Positions 33,080 through 47,160 of a stretch of DNA of 64,000 nucleotides are shown one piece after another. How positions within the stretch are numbered: the stretch's first letter is position 1; every line of letters begins with the position of its first letter. Position numbers and translations under genes: made by a program. The notes beneath the pieces are model-generated. The model searched no databases. It had not been told where the DNA came from and was given only the letters and a program-made list of their open reading frames with translations. The stretch is from the human T2T-CHM13v2.0 reference genome, Homo sapiens, in the NCBI RefSeq assembly GCF_009914755.1, contig NC_060927.1, one strand, 5' to 3'.

Positions 33080-33770
33080 TTTTTAAAATGTCAAAATTGT
33101 GGTAAATTATACATGACATAAAGTTCACCATCTTCGACACTTGTTTAAGTATACAGTTCAGTAGAAATAGGTACATTCACACTGTTGTGCAACCAGTCTC
33201 CAGAACTCTTCTGATTCTGTGAAACTGAAACTCTATACCCATTAAGCGCAACTCCCATTCTCACCTTCTTGGCCCCTGCTCCTCTGCTTTCTGTCTTTAT
33301 GAGTTTGACTACTCCAGGTACCTCATGTAAGTGGAATCATAACTGTATTTGTCTTTGTGTGTCTGGCTTATTTCACTTAGCATAATGTCCTCAGGGTTCA
33401 TCCATGTTGTAGTATGTGCCAGGATTTCCTTCCTTTTTAAGCTGAATGATATTCCATTGTATGCATATACTGCATTTTGTTTATCCATTTGTTTGTCAGT
33501 GGATGGAAGTGAAATTGCTGGATCATATGGTAAATCTATTTTTAATCTTTTGAGGAACCGTCATTTCTGTTTTCCATAGCAGCTGCAACATTTTATATTT
33601 CCACCAACAGTGCACAAGGGTTCCAATTTTTCTACATCCTTGCAAACACTTGTTCTTTTATTTATTTTTGATAGTAGACATCTTACTGGGTGTGAGGTGG
33701 TATCTCATTGTGGGGCTGATTTGCATTTTTTAGGTGATCAATGATGCTAAGCATCTTTCCATGTGTCTCA
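33080..33770 (-). mobile_element. L1MB3-like 3' end
   Basis: attgtggtaaattatacat..gaaactgaaactctatacccattaa..ggtacctcatgtaagtggaatcata. Confidence 0.85.
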
Positions 33771-35516
33771 TCACTGTTTTTAACATCTAGGTCCCTCTTC
33801 TTCTCAAGGGTTTGTGGCTTGTCCAAGCAGTGTCATCTAAATCTCCATCTTTCATACCTGCTGCCCAATCCACTCTATTCCCTTTTGGGACTTTGTACAT
33901 CTGTCTCGGTCTTTTCTCAGTGAGCCTTTCCTGGTTAATGAGGGAGAAGGCTAGTTTTTCTCATTTAAGAACACACTAGAAGCCTGTGGTTCAAAGTCCA
34001 TTTTTGTCCTTCTCTCACAGACATCAATCTTTATCTTCTACGGGCAATTATCTCACATGAGTTACAAGAGTAAACAATTAAACATTCAAATTAGCACATT
34101 TGCTGCTATGACTTCCAGAAGCTCTCTGAGCAGATGATTTAGTCAGTTGACTCACTTATATAAATTCCAATACAACACTTGTCAATCAGATGTTTAACCT
34201 GAGAATGAAGTTTCTTTCATCTCTCTTTCCTTTTTCTCGCCTCTTTTTGATCTTGCAGCATCTCAACTTTGAGGAGTTATTTGGAGTCACTGGATATACT
34301 TTAACCGTATCTTGTACATATTATCCATGGTAATTAGTAAAGTCCTTTTAAAAAATCTGGAACATGTTTATTTGTGTCACTAGAAACCTAGCATGGATAA
34401 AGAACTAATAAAGGAATTTCATATTGTCATGTTAATTTTTTTCCCCTTAGTATTGATGATTTCCTCTTACAAACTCCAAAATGCTTCCTTCAAAAAATAT
34501 TAACTTGTGTACACAAAGTTCTACACTGATCTGCCTGTGAGAGCCCATTCCAGTCAACACTTGCTCTCTCCTCACTATGGCCTTGAGGTTGTGTTGCACC
34601 CATGACCTGAGGATGACTATGCTGTGGTATGACAATAGAAATGTGTATGTCCTAAGTTTCAAGGACACCAGGTGACTGGAGTCCAGATAGTAGATATATA
34701 GTCATCTTTGCTTTTTTTTTTTTCTATCTTCCTTTTTTTCTAACTTCTGTAATTCCCTTTTGCGTTTCCCTATAAACTCCAGGTTTTAAAAAATTCTACC
34801 TGGCAGACAGCTCCTTCCTCATCTCATTTATGATTTCTTCTCCCTCTTTTAGTCTTTAAACATGGGCACTCTTCAGTTCTCATTGCTGTGTCTCCTGCTT
34901 TTTCTCTTTCTTGTCAGGCCCATTCATTTCAACTCTGTTTGCACGTCTCTGCATAAGACCCAAATCCATGCCACTGACCATGGCCTTTCCTGAGCTTGAG
35001 ACAGGCACCCCTGGTCCCAGCCAGCATTCTGTCAAAGTAAACACATCAACCTAAACCCAGTCCTTCCTTCACACCTCCTTTTTGCTTATTGACTTAACCA
35101 TCTGACATATCTCGGTTTGCAAAACTCAAATATCATTTCCACTTTCATTTTGCTGTCAACAGAAAGTAGGCAGTACTTAAAGAAGGAAAATATTTGAAGA
35201 TTTAAAACATTTAAAGGAAGGAAAGATTGTTTGGGACTAGGGACCAAGGGAAGGTCCCAAGGAAGAAGTGGCATTGGGCTGGCTCGGCTTTAAAGCATAT
35301 GGAGAAGATTGAGTAAGGCACAGATGAGGGGTGGAAGAGAGTTTTTCAGACAAAGGCTATGTTTTGCGAAGAGGAGAGTTATTTGCAGTGGCTAGAAAGG
35401 ATTGCAGAGAGAAAGAGGAGTTTAAGGTAAAAATGATGGAGAATCAAGAGTTTATTGTAAGGAGTTGGACTTGAAGTGAGAATCCCTGAGAACCCAGTAA
35501 AGACTTTCTAGGAGGG

Positions 35517-35870
35517 TGTCTTAGTCCATTCAGGCTGCTTTAAGAGAATGCCATAGACTGGGTGGTTCATAAACAACATGAAGTTATTTCTCACAGTTCT
35601 GGAGCCTGCAAAGCCCATGATCAAAGCACTGGCAGATTTGGTGTCTGGTAAAATCCTGCTTCCTAGATGGCCATCTTCTTGCCCATGTGATAGAAGGGGC
35701 AAGATAACCCTCTGGGATCTTTTTTCTATAAGTTACTAATCCCATTCACAAGGCCTCTATCCTTATGACATAACAACCTCTCAAAGGGCCCATCTCCAAA
35801 TATCATCACATTGGGGCTTAGGTTTCAACATACTAATTTTAAGGGGAAAACAAACATTCAGTCTATAGCA
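35517..35870 (-). mobile_element. MLT1A (MaLR) solo LTR
   Basis: tgtcttagtccattcaggctgct..ccatagactgggtgg..aaacattcagtctatagca. Confidence 0.88.
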
Positions 35871-36849
35871 TAAGGGCAACATCATTTGAACTCGTAATTT
35901 CTGTCATGCATCCCATGTCTGATTTCCCCTGGTAAACTTTAAAGTCTTTGGGTAAAAGTGTACACTTAACATTCTAGCTTTTTCTCTAATTCTTCTCTGA
36001 ACCCCTCAGCATGTTGCTGAGCACACTGGAATTCAGTGTTTGATGACTAGATGAACAAGATAGTAATTTAAGTATAATGGTAGAATGAACACAAACAAAC
36101 TAATATAAAAATACATGTTCCATTAGTATATGAACTTCTGAAGCTTTTAGGCTTCCCATATAACTATCCAATTCCTTATTTACCCAGCCTCCCTCCTCTC
36201 TCTTGCGTGTATCAGATACTTTGGATATAAAAGAGGAAAGTCTCAAGAAATTGCCTGTGGGAACCAGAATGACATGTAAACAAATTCTGAAATACATTAC
36301 AAAGAGTGCTATAAGAGACAAATGTCTAGCATTACATGGAAACACACTAAAAAGGACAGCTAGATACCTGGATTGACATCTGAGCCAGATAGACCATTCA
36401 TTCAAAAATTATTTCCTAGGTGCAAGGAGCTGATGGTATCCTGTGTGGGATATACATACTCAGTCAGGACCCCTACTCCTAAGACCTCTTGGTCTAACTG
36501 ATAGCAAAATACTCTCATTTATTCAGCTGCTACTATATCTCATGGACTCTCACAGAAAGCTTTTATACAGACAAAGAAACTCAGAGTCAGAGAAGATAGG
36601 TGGCTTGCTCGAAAGGATTTGGGTTAGTTGCAAAACTCATGCTTTCTTCACTACACAATGCCTCTTAGAAACAGCAAATGGAAGGATATACAAAGTGTTA
36701 TTAGTACTTAGAAGCAGGGTTAACTAGAGAGGGTCAGGGAAGTCTTTCTGAAAGAGATGGGGTTTTATAGCAGAAGAGCAACAGGATGACTGTCACTTGT
36801 TCTTTGGTCTAATAAACACATTTTGATAACAAGAGCTAGTGGTAGAATG

Positions 36850-36970
36850 TTTTAAAAAGAGTTGGGGGTCTTTGTTACCCAGGCCGGTCTCAAACTCTTG
36901 GTCTCAAGCAATCTTTCAGCCTCAGCCTCCAAGTTTCTGGGATTACTGGTACAAGTTACCATGCCCAGCA
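36850..36970 (-). mobile_element. FLAM monomer
   Basis: Single Alu arm. TSD ctagtgRtagaat at 36836-36848 / 36972-36984. Confidence 0.8.
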
Positions 36971-39214
36971 TCTAGTGATAGAATATTTTTCACCAATTCT
37001 GCCATGACCTTGAAGAAACACAAAGGTACAATTTTACTATTGTGTTCTATTTGGATACCTGAGGTTGTATGTAGACGTGATTTAGGGGTGACATTTCCAG
37101 AAGAGTTTATTTGCCCCAACAAAAGTCTGTTGCCTGAGGCCCCTTCTCTGCTAACAATAACAAAAAGGTTTGGGACTCAAAGTTCACTATACTTTGTTAC
37201 AGAAAACAAAGCCAGGGCACTAGGGAAGACAGGCTCATCTTTTTTCCTCTCCCAAGCATCACTCAACTGATATACATCAATATATTTGCACTGGGTTTGT
37301 GATCAGACATTTGAGCCTTTATGTATAAAAGGCAAGTCACAATATCCCTAGCCTGAATAATTCATGTTGTTTTTCATGGGTCTTTTAAGCCTTTTTGTTA
37401 AACTTGAAGATTAGCTTTTTCTTTTTCTTTTTTACTTCCTTAATCAAAGGTTATTTGGAGTCAACTTTGAACAATTCCTCAAGCTGTACTGTTCAACCAT
37501 TTGATTCAGTATTTTCAGGATTTGGAAGCAGGTTGCTGCTGGTTCTTAGGTCTGCTGTATTATTCAACGCTTTAGTAAATGATGAATAGGCTGAAAGCCA
37601 TGAAGGCTATTTTATAATTTCTCAAGGGTCTCTTTACCACCTAATTTTCTTTTCATCAAATGTTATTTACTGAGTACCTCCAATCAACTTCTTTGGTATT
37701 GTAGCTTGCTGTGATTCTGGCAGATAATAAATGTCAGCATGGGGAGGGTAAAAGAACCAAGCCTTACATTTAATAATATTGTTTGTTAGAAATTGGCTTC
37801 ACTTTCATCATAGAGAGTCTCACAGGGGGCAAAACCTTTACTCTGCCATCTTGATAAGATCCCTGGGGTCCCTCTGTGGGTCTCCCTAGGATTTTCCACG
37901 TGTACAAGAGATGAAAAGGTTTTTAAGATCTAAGAAACAAAGCAATCTATTATTTATCTTGAAAATCATATTATGTCTTGTGTTGTATAGGCACAGTAGG
38001 CATAGTAATGTGCAGTCTATCAAAGACACAAGAACAAAGATGTTAAATTGATATCATATAGCACCTAGCAGGAAAGAATCATTTCTACTTGGAAGGTAGG
38101 GAGATGAAAGTGGGAAGTTAGAGAGGACAAACATGTGGAAGGCAAATCATAGCCCTCTCTACACCACAGGAATGTTTACACATCAGACCAAGCACTCTCG
38201 TGTTGAGCTCAGATGCAGCTCAGGATCCTTCTCAACACAGTCCACTGGGAAGCCATTGTCAATCTCAAGTTGCCATGCCAGAGGAAAATTTTATTCATTT
38301 CTGATGTCTTGGGTGATTTGTATCCAATGCAGGGATAATTATGGGCTGATCCAAGAGGCCACTCTAGAGATATTCCCTATTAAACCCTGTATTTAAAAAA
38401 TCTAATAAGATGGGAGGTGTTCTTGTAATTATTTCATCATCGTAGTATGCCATGTTTTCTGTTGCAGTGGAGTTTTCATGACAGCTCAGTGTTAGTATTT
38501 TATCCCGTTAATTGCAAGTTTACTGCATTGTCAGCTAGTTTATTTCATTAATAGCTGTTTTATCTCATTAGTAGTAGGCTCCCATCTGCTTTGAAGCCTT
38601 TGACTAAGATCTCTGTGTTGTCTCTCCTGACTTTCAGTAGTGCATCCCTGACCTCTCCTCTCCAGAGTTTCTAAATTTTGAATAAGCTCTAATTTGCCTC
38701 AAATCTTTCATACCTGAAATACAAAGAGTGGTTTCTGTTTCTCTGTCTGAACTCCAGGCAAAAAAGAGATGTTATATTTTATAGTCAAAGCAGTGCAAAT
38801 GTTTTTCTATTTTGAGCTCTAAATATAGTAGCTTTTTCATCCACATGTTCCTTTCTCTGTGTCCCTAAGCAGGAAATTTCATGCTGTTTATATATTATGC
38901 TAAACACTAGTTGTTTCACCTGTGTTTAGTTATATCCACAAAGGAAGGTTTTTTATCTCTTTGAGAGTTGAAGACTAGGCAGTATTCCTATTTTCCTTCT
39001 GACATTGTGGCTTTAAAAATTTTTGAACAGCCAATTGAGAGAAAACCACAACTTATTTCAAATTAGTGCTATAAAATATTTCTGTCATTCAAGTTAATGA
39101 TAGCAAAGGTCAACTTTACGGCCTCACTCAAAAAGGAGTGTAATGGAGATATAGACATACACATTACCTTCAGCACTATGGGTTTCTTCTATTTGCCCCC
39201 TGAAAATAAGTAAG

Positions 39215-39720
39215 TATGCCAGCTTGTCTATTGCCAACTTGGCCTTACCACCAGCCTTCTAAGGTCTCTTCCACTTTGCGGAGGAGATGTTAGGGACTAC
39301 ATTCCTGAATCCGCTGTCCTGTATGTGTAATTCTGGCTTAGAGTTGGCCAAGAAGAAGCACGTGTGTAAGATCTGGATGATGAAAGAGAAGGAGAAGCCT
39401 TTATTCCCTTGAGGTAGTTGCAGCCAGACATGTGGGCAGAGATTTCACAGCAGGCTCCTGGTGAGCCCATGAGAAACGTGCTTTATGAATGCAGACAGAG
39501 AGAGTTGGTGGGAATTTTCCAGAGACTTTGAAGAATGGCAGTAGGCTCTGGGCAAGCTCTCCAGGAACACCTGCCTCAAAGCTTTCAGCAGAGATCTCTT
39601 TGTGCCATCCCCAACCTTAACTTTCCCAGAGCTTCATTTGTATAAACCTCTCCTATCTTAACTTTGTCACACCTGAAATAAAGAGCAGTGGTTCTGTCCC
39701 TGCCTGAACACTGCCTGATA
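39215..39720 (+). mobile_element. ERVL LTR (LTR33/LTR50-like)
   Basis: ggactacattcc..ttagagttggccaa..agagcagtggttctgtc..ctgcctgata. Confidence 0.5.
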
Positions 39721-39799
39721 TGATAAGTAAATGAATAAATGAATGAGTGCCCAGAATACCCATTATAGCATTATTCTAGAGTATTCATCATAGTATCAA

Positions 39800-40185
39800 A
39801 GCAATTGACACAGACATTTGCTGCTGACCAAATGTTTGTGACTTTCCCATATATCCTATCCTCCCTTCTAGTTGGTTGAGGTCATGTGACTACTTCAGGC
39901 CACTGGGCCTATTAAAAGCAGCAATGAGCAGCTCCAAGGCATTTAAAATGCTTCTTGTGCTACCTCCACACTCTATGACCCTTTGTAGAGGTCCTGTGTT
40001 ATCATGGCACAGCTACAAGATGGTAGAGCTTCCAGAAGCCTGGGCCTTTGCATGCTATAGCAGAGCTACCTTGCTGATCTATGCTGAACAAGTAACATGA
40101 ACAAGAAACAAAACTTTGTTGTATGAAAGCTGTGGGAGTTTGGTTCAACTTGTCTCCATAGCTGATACTAGCCCAATCCGACAAT
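39800..40185 (+). mobile_element. Old MLT1 (J/K-like) LTR
   Basis: ggtcatgtgact..caagatggtagagcttc..atgaacaagaaacaaaactttgttgt. Confidence 0.6.
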
Positions 40186-40921
40186 TTTGAGAGTATAAGA
40201 TCTACTTTTTAAGGTGCAATAGACAGGATTCCCTAGTTTGAAACTACAAATGCACTTTCTGAATGAAATGTATTATTAAAAGTACCCTGCCGATATTGTC
40301 TCAAATTCACATAAATATGTTACAAAAAGAGTAAGAAGAAAATAAGTAGTGTGTCAATACATATATATATGTAAAGTGCTTCATTTTTAAGAACTACAAA
40401 ATGACTAATAAATGGACAAAAGGCAAAATTATAATTCACACAGTGAGAATATAAATTCCAGACAAACGAGAAAAAGTATTCTCATTTATTAGTAATAAAT
40501 ATGCTAACCGAATCAAGGTATCACTTTAAAGTTATGAGATTATCAGTTAAATTATTCATGTTAAAAGGATACTACCTCAAGATGGTTGGGTTATAGGAAA
40601 ACTTCTTTGCCTATATTTTGGGAGAGGCATATAAACATGTGTGTTTAGAAAGAAATTTGACAGAAAAGGTGACGTAGAAATGGTCATAATCTTTGCCCTA
40701 ATCATTCTACTCTAAAGAATAATTGAAAAGTGGAAGAAAGCCCCATATATATGAACAATTTTATTGCCAACATTGTATGTAACATAAAAAGGGAATGTAA
40801 TGTCAAAATGTAATGTAAAAAACATACATATTTAGATAACTATGATTTTAACTATGATTAAAAACATACATATTTAGATAACTTTTGCAATGTTACATAG
40901 CTATTAAAAAGTTATTATAAA

Positions 40922-41097
40922 GCAGGTTCTCAACTTGAGTGTGCATCAGAATCACCTGGAGAGCTTATAAAAACACAGCTTACTCAGCCCAAGTCCAAGT
41001 TCTTGATTCAGTAGGTCTGGAATGGGAATCTAGAATTTGCATTTCTGACAATTTCCAGGTAATGCTGGTCCAAGGACCACACTTTGAGAACTCCTGG
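40922..41097. mobile_element. MER5A hAT-Charlie MITE
   Basis: ggttctcaa..gcatcagaatcacctggagagctt..gattcagtaggtctgg..gaccacactttgagaac. Confidence 0.88.
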
Positions 41098-41559
41098 CAT
41101 CAAGGATTGCAAAATATTAGTTAACATATATAATACAGCATTAAGTAAGAAAAAGAAACATTGAAATCATAAGCTAAGATACACTTACTCAATAGTGCAA
41201 AGAGATATTTTAGTGAAATCATGGTTAAAAGCATGGGGTAAGGAAGACAGTCAGACTCATTGGAATTCCAGCTTTAAAGCTATCATGGGCCCAAAGCTCT
41301 AGAGTTTCTACAAACTCTTCAGGGATCTCTGAAAAGGCTTGAGACCTGAAAGAGAAAGAAAAGGAGTAGCAAAATATACAGAGAAAACTGTAACATAGGA
41401 ATTAGTAAGTATTTAATTAAGCATTCCAAAAACATAACACTGGGCATATTAGACAATTGAAAGACAGCTCTTAATTATATGTACATGTTTATAGAGATGT
41501 TTGTGCAACTAAATATATTTCCTATAATGTAGCATGGGGCCTCTAAAAGTAAGCAAATT

Positions 41560-41561
<2 letters not shown>

Positions 41562-41595
<34 letters not shown>
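41562..41595 (+). repeat. (TG)n microsatellite
   Basis: Directly visible. Confidence 0.95.
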
Positions 41596-41596
<1 letters not shown>

Positions 41597-41976
41597 TGAC
41601 GGGTCAGTAGTATTTATACACCAATCTCAACCAGGTCTAACACTAATCAATAACAAAGGAAGAATCCAGTGTTACCTTCATCTTACCGCTGTCCATCAAT
41701 AGGCTTCACTCACCCCATCTCCAACTAACTGATGTTAGTTACTCTATTGTAGGGTCTACTCTCCACACAACAGTCACAGGAGATTAAATATGATATATCA
41801 CCCATTAAAATTCTCCAATAACTTCCTCCAGAAATTCAAACTCCATAAGTACAATGATCACACAGCCTGGTTTGCCAGAATCAAATCCAGGCAAAGCCAC
41901 TGTCCTAGATGAGCTGTCAACAACACACCCTTCACTGAGAAGTGTTCCACTTTGGATGATAAGAATAAGAACAGAA

Positions 41977-42271
41977 GGGAAACTGTCATTCTCAGCAAAC
42001 TGACACACGAACAGAAAACCAAACACCGCATGTTCTCATTCATAAGTGGGAGCTGAACAATGAGAACACATGGACACAGGGAGGGGAACATCACACACCG
42101 GGGCCTGTCAGGCGGTGGGAGGCTAGGGGAGGAACAGCATTAGGAGAAACACCTAATGTAGATGATGGGTTGATGGGTGCAGCAAACCACCACGGCACAT
42201 GTATACCTATGTAACAAACCTGCGTGTTCTGCATGTGTATCCCAGAATTTAAAGTATAATAATTTTAAAAA
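41977..42271 (+). mobile_element. 5'-truncated L1PA7/8-like 3' end
   Basis: acctaatgtagatgatgggttgatgggtgcagcaaaccacc. TSD aagaaYagaa at 41967-41976 / 42272-42281. Confidence 0.9.
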
Positions 42272-42277
42272 AAGAAT

Positions 42278-42411
42278 AGAATTGCCAGATCCAATACCAA
42301 ATACCAAGTATTGCTGTAGAAATACTTACACTAAATTTTTTTCATTGTTGATCTGAAATTCAATTTTCACAAGGTATCCCATATCGTTATTTGCTAAATC
42401 TGGCAACCCTA
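42278..42411. mobile_element. MER53-like hAT MITE
   Basis: Terminal inverted repeats ttgccagat / atctggcaaccct. Confidence 0.7.
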
Positions 42412-42710
42412 TTGCCCCTACATAAAGAGCCCTAAACGTTACGCCCCTGCCTACCACCTTGCTGCAGTCACCGCTCCTACTCCCTCCTGCTCCAGCCCCA
42501 GTGTAATTCACATGCCTTGAACATCCATGCTCATTCCCTCCTCTGGACCGTGGCACTGCTCTTTGATCTCCCTGGATTACTCATTGTAGCTTCACTCAGC
42601 TGACTCCTTCTGATCAACTAGGTCTCAGCAGATGTCAATGCAGAAAGACATTGTCTGATTACCCAGCAAAAAAAGCCTCATACTCTTCCCTCTTTTGTCA
42701 CTATCTAAAA

Positions 42711-42920
42711 CAGGGTGTCCAATCTTTTGGCTTTCTTGGGCCACATTAGAAAAGGAAGAATTTTCTTGGGCTGTATATAAAAAACACTAATGATAGCTGG
42801 CAAGCTAAAAAGAATTGCAAATAAAAATTTCATAATGTTTTAAGAAACTTTATGAATTTGTGTTGGGATGCATTCAAAGCTGTTCTGGGCTGCATGCGGG
42901 CCGTGAGTTGGACAAGCTGG
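42711..42920 (+). mobile_element. MER30 hAT-Charlie MITE
   Basis: cagggtgtccaatcttttggc..gttggacaagc with a perfect 8-bp TSD atctaaaa (42703-42710 / 42921-42928). Confidence 0.92.
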
Positions 42921-45369
42921 ATCTAAAATAATAGCCTTTAATCTCATGGCTGTCTTTCTCTCCCCATTCAGATAGAGATGCTGACTGCTGGGGTGGTATA
43001 TACATGCTTAGAGCAGGCTTGAAACATAGTTAATACTCAACACTTAATTGTTGAATGTTAGATGGAAGAATACAAGTGTATCAAAATACAGCATCTTGAG
43101 TTCCTTGTCACAGGAGTACACACACACATACTTTTTCCTTCTAAGAGTTCACATTTCTTTAGAAAGACCTTAGACTTGAAGCTGAGCTATTTCCAAATGT
43201 GCAGCGGTAGTGCATATGGTAATGGTTTCATAAAGTATGTTAATCAAGGAACCACAAAAATCATTTAATCTAGGAGGTTTCCTCACCACCATCAAATACT
43301 GATTATATTTACATAGAAACTGACTCCTTATCATGCAGCTGATAAACATTGCTGAAGGGAGAGCCTGCAGAAGCCTATTTGCCAGACACAATCTCCAATC
43401 CCAACTGCTCACAGAAAATAATCATTTTAAAGATTGCCACACAAAAAGGTGACATTCCTGTGTCATTATATTTCCTTTCCCTATAGCAGAAGCCAGGATT
43501 AATAAAGTTAATAAAAAAATTAAGTCACCATATGTTTTTTAAAATGTTTAGAAATGTACGATGATCAACGTTACAATAGTAAGATAAGGACTTAAACTGA
43601 CTATTTGAGGTTCTAAAAATCCATTTAGGGTGTTAAGCTGTTAAAAATGGTTTAAACTTAAGGTAAAGAATCATGACAGGATTCCAGTTTGATTTGTTCA
43701 AGAATAACCGTTTAGATGACTTTGTGTGTATCACATACCGCTCTCTAATTGCATATGTAAATAAAATCAAAGATGCACACACTTAAAGTAAAATCTTGCT
43801 TTTCACCCTATGAATTTAAACAAAAGGTATAAAATGTATATTTAAACATTCAAGCACCATCTTTTGCAAGTCTGATTTGCATTCTTCCATGTATTTAAAA
43901 TAAGCCTCCTCTTCATTGATGTTGCAGATATTTCTATGGGTTACAAACAGCTCCCCATCCGAGCTCTTGTATCGACTTACTGTTGAAACTGCCACATACC
44001 AGTGCCTGGACTTGGAAAGAGTTTCCCTGGTCTGTTCCACTTTCAGGGTTCAGGCCCTCTGGTTCAAGAGGTGCCATGTAGCATAGTGGGTCAGGCTTGC
44101 TCTGCACTAGTCTCAGGGTAGAACTAATTCTACAGCCCTCTATTGTTCTAGAGAGCATTTTGTGTTGAGGAGCCAACCTAATTCATATGATGCAAAATGT
44201 AGATGTTATCTGATAAGATTTTAAGACTTAGGCAAAATGAATATAGTGATTAATTTTTCTTCCTTCCGATTTACCTCTCAGTTTCACTCAGATACATGTA
44301 AAATTAACAACGTAAGTGATAAATTTAACAAATCATTTGCTCGTTATAAATATTTAGTTTATGATTATATAGAGAAGGTTTCTATGAGCTCTGACTTCAG
44401 TTATGTTAAAAACTGCAGTGATAAAAGGCCCAAAATAATGTACTGAAGATGAATTCAAAACCATTCAGAGGCAAGCAGGGAAGAACATTCTACAATTTAA
44501 TGCATTGCTCTTCTATTTCAATATCCACTCTGGGATAATCACTGGTTACTTCAAAAAGACCTTTAGATTAAATATAGGGTGCAGCAGCTGAGGATCTGGG
44601 GTATTGAAAACAGGGTACAGCATACAGCACCTGAGGATTTGGGGTGATCTTCATTTGACTCTGGAAAATGAAATATATTTTTGTTAACTTCACTCTTTCA
44701 TCAAGGCAAACCACCAGCTGACGTTGTTGACAATGACTACATACACCTTTAGGACAGAGACTGTGTCATATACATTTTTATTCTCAAGCTGCTCAATAAT
44801 GTAGTTACATTCAATTCAAGGAAAATATCCTGCATGTTCTCACATTTAGCAGAAACAACCTTGTCTTCATTCATCTGGGTTCTATTTAATTTGGCCGGGG
44901 ATTGGGGCGCAAGGTAGAGAGTATTAGGTGGAGATGGGGAAAGAGTAGGTAGGATCCTTGGCAGATTCAGCTGGGAAAGCAGCTATTTTAGAATTTTATA
45001 AACATACAAATCTCATATGTGTATATGAATTTGATATTAAGATATTCTGTTAGAATTTGCTCTATAAAAATGTAATATTGTATATAAAGGTAAGCTATAT
45101 AAGGGGAACATTTTTCCAAAATGACTAAGTATATTACAGTCTTGTTTTAAAGCCAAATAATGAGAGCCTTTAGTTATTTTTATATATGAAGTGACAATTT
45201 AACATTTATTTTTCTAGACTTTAATCATTAATATCATTAAAATAACAAAAGATAGTCAGTAGAAATGTTTTTCTTTCTTTAAAACCTCTCTAGACTTACA
45301 CAAAGTCCTATTTAATGAAAATTTCCAAAGCTTACAGAAATAAAAATTGTCTTTTCATGCAATATTACA

Positions 45370-47160
45370 CATTATAAATTTTAGTTTTTGTTATGAAACT
45401 ATCTCAAACTTCTTTTCTTAAACCATTTGAGAATAAATCGCCAACCCGAGACCCATGACCCCAGATTGTATTTCCCATAAACAAGGACTTTCTTCTACAT
45501 AATTATAATACATACACTAGAACAGGCAAATGAATATTGATATATTACTATGCAATATCTAATTATCAGACACTACTCAAGTTTCCCTAGTTGCTTCAGT
45601 AATGTCCTTCATAGTGAAAAGATCCAGTTACGAACCAAACTTACATCTAGTTGTAATGTCTCTTCAGTTTCCTTCAGTCTGGGACAGTTCTCTGCAGTTT
45701 TAAAACTTTCATGACCTTGATACTTTTAAGATAAAAAACAGTTACTGTGTTAACTCTTCCTTAATTTGTGTTTGTCTGATGTTTCTTCACATCTAGATTC
45801 AGGTGTTGAATCTTTAGCAAGAAAATCACAGAAGGGATGCTGTGTTCCCATTGCATCCAATCAGGTGGCACATGATTTCTCTGTGTCCCATTACCAATGA
45901 TATTCACTTTGATTACTAGCATGAGGTGCCATCTACCAGATGTCTCTACTATAATTTTGCTTTTTTTCCCTTTTGTAATTTATAAGTATGTGAGAGAGAC
46001 ACTTTGAAACCATGTAACTGTCCAACTCTTCATCAAACCATCAACTTATTCATTAATTTACTTATATCATCATGGTCGCGCATTTCCTGTTTTATTCAGT
46101 GACTTAAAATCTGTCACTAACATGATTGACTTTGATGTTTAACTTGTCCCAGATGTGGGCAGAAATGCCTTTGTGCTGCCATGTGCCAATCATTATCTGA
46201 GCACTTCCTTGCTTTCTGGCACAAGATGTTCCAGGCTCACCTTCTTCTTTCACTGCCCTAGCCCAGATATCAGTCAATCCTCCAAGAAACCCTGAACCTT
46301 CTAGTGGAGACTATATATAGAAGCCAAGATTTGGGTGCTAGATGTGCTCATTGATATTGGTGTGTTGTTGCTCACAAGCCTTCTCAGTGGATACTGTGTG
46401 TTCTAGGGAACACATACACAAAACTGCACACATATACACACACACATATATCTATATGTGTACCAATTTAAGTCTGTGTATACATATAATACATAACCAC
46501 ATAATTATACCTATCTACATATATCCAGACAACTATAATTATCTCTACATATATTGATTGCTATATCTATCTATAGAAATAGATATTGATTTCTATCTAT
46601 ATATTGAAATTCATGAATTCATACCAATATATCTGATTTTTAATCCAACATCACAGAATCCATCCTAGTCCTTTCCCTTTCTGTATTTGTATTGTCTTTC
46701 TAAGACTAAGGAACCAGGCCCCCATAATAATTATATTTACTCATCACTGTAACCAATTTCCCAACCCATCTCTCCCATGTTGATGTCTTCTCAGCCCGCT
46801 TGGGCTCTGATTCCCCTTGTTGAGCAACCCTCTTGTGTGAAAATCCTTTTCACCCAGCTTGGGCTCTGACACCCCATGCCTGGCCACTCCCATGTATGGA
46901 CATCTTCCTTACCCCACCTAGGCTCTTGCTTCCCATAGAGCCATCTCCTCTTTTATATGGGCTCTGACACCAAGCTGACTCTCTGTAAGGATGCCCTCCC
47001 CATTCTGCTTGGGCTGTGAGTCCCCATGCCTTCCCACACTCACTCGGATGCCCTCTTTGCCCTGCTTGGTCTTCAACACCCTACATCAGGCTACTCCTTC
47101 ATGCAAAGCCTACCTTGCTGTGCCCTACCTAACTGCTTGTTCAAGATTGTTCAGGAAGGA
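45370..47160 (-). mobile_element. L1MC4/MC5-like 3' region
   Basis: aaacaaggactttcttctacataa..agttgtaatgtctcttcagtttcc..gcacttccttgctttctggcacaagatgttccaggctc. Confidence 0.65.

Noticed and set aside
34120-34300. AP-1 TGACTCA and FOX-like words as an enhancer
   Set aside because: Single short motifs are expected by chance and there is no further support.
36839-37270. 143-aa ORF
   Set aside because: It has a non-ATG start, its first third is FLAM-derived, and there is no domain.
43816-44040. Protein-looking 74-aa minus-strand ORF (ELFVTHRNICNINEEEAYFKYMEEC)
   Set aside because: It has no ATG start and no clear acceptor, and I do not recognise the peptide. BLASTP/PhyloCSF would be needed to revive it.
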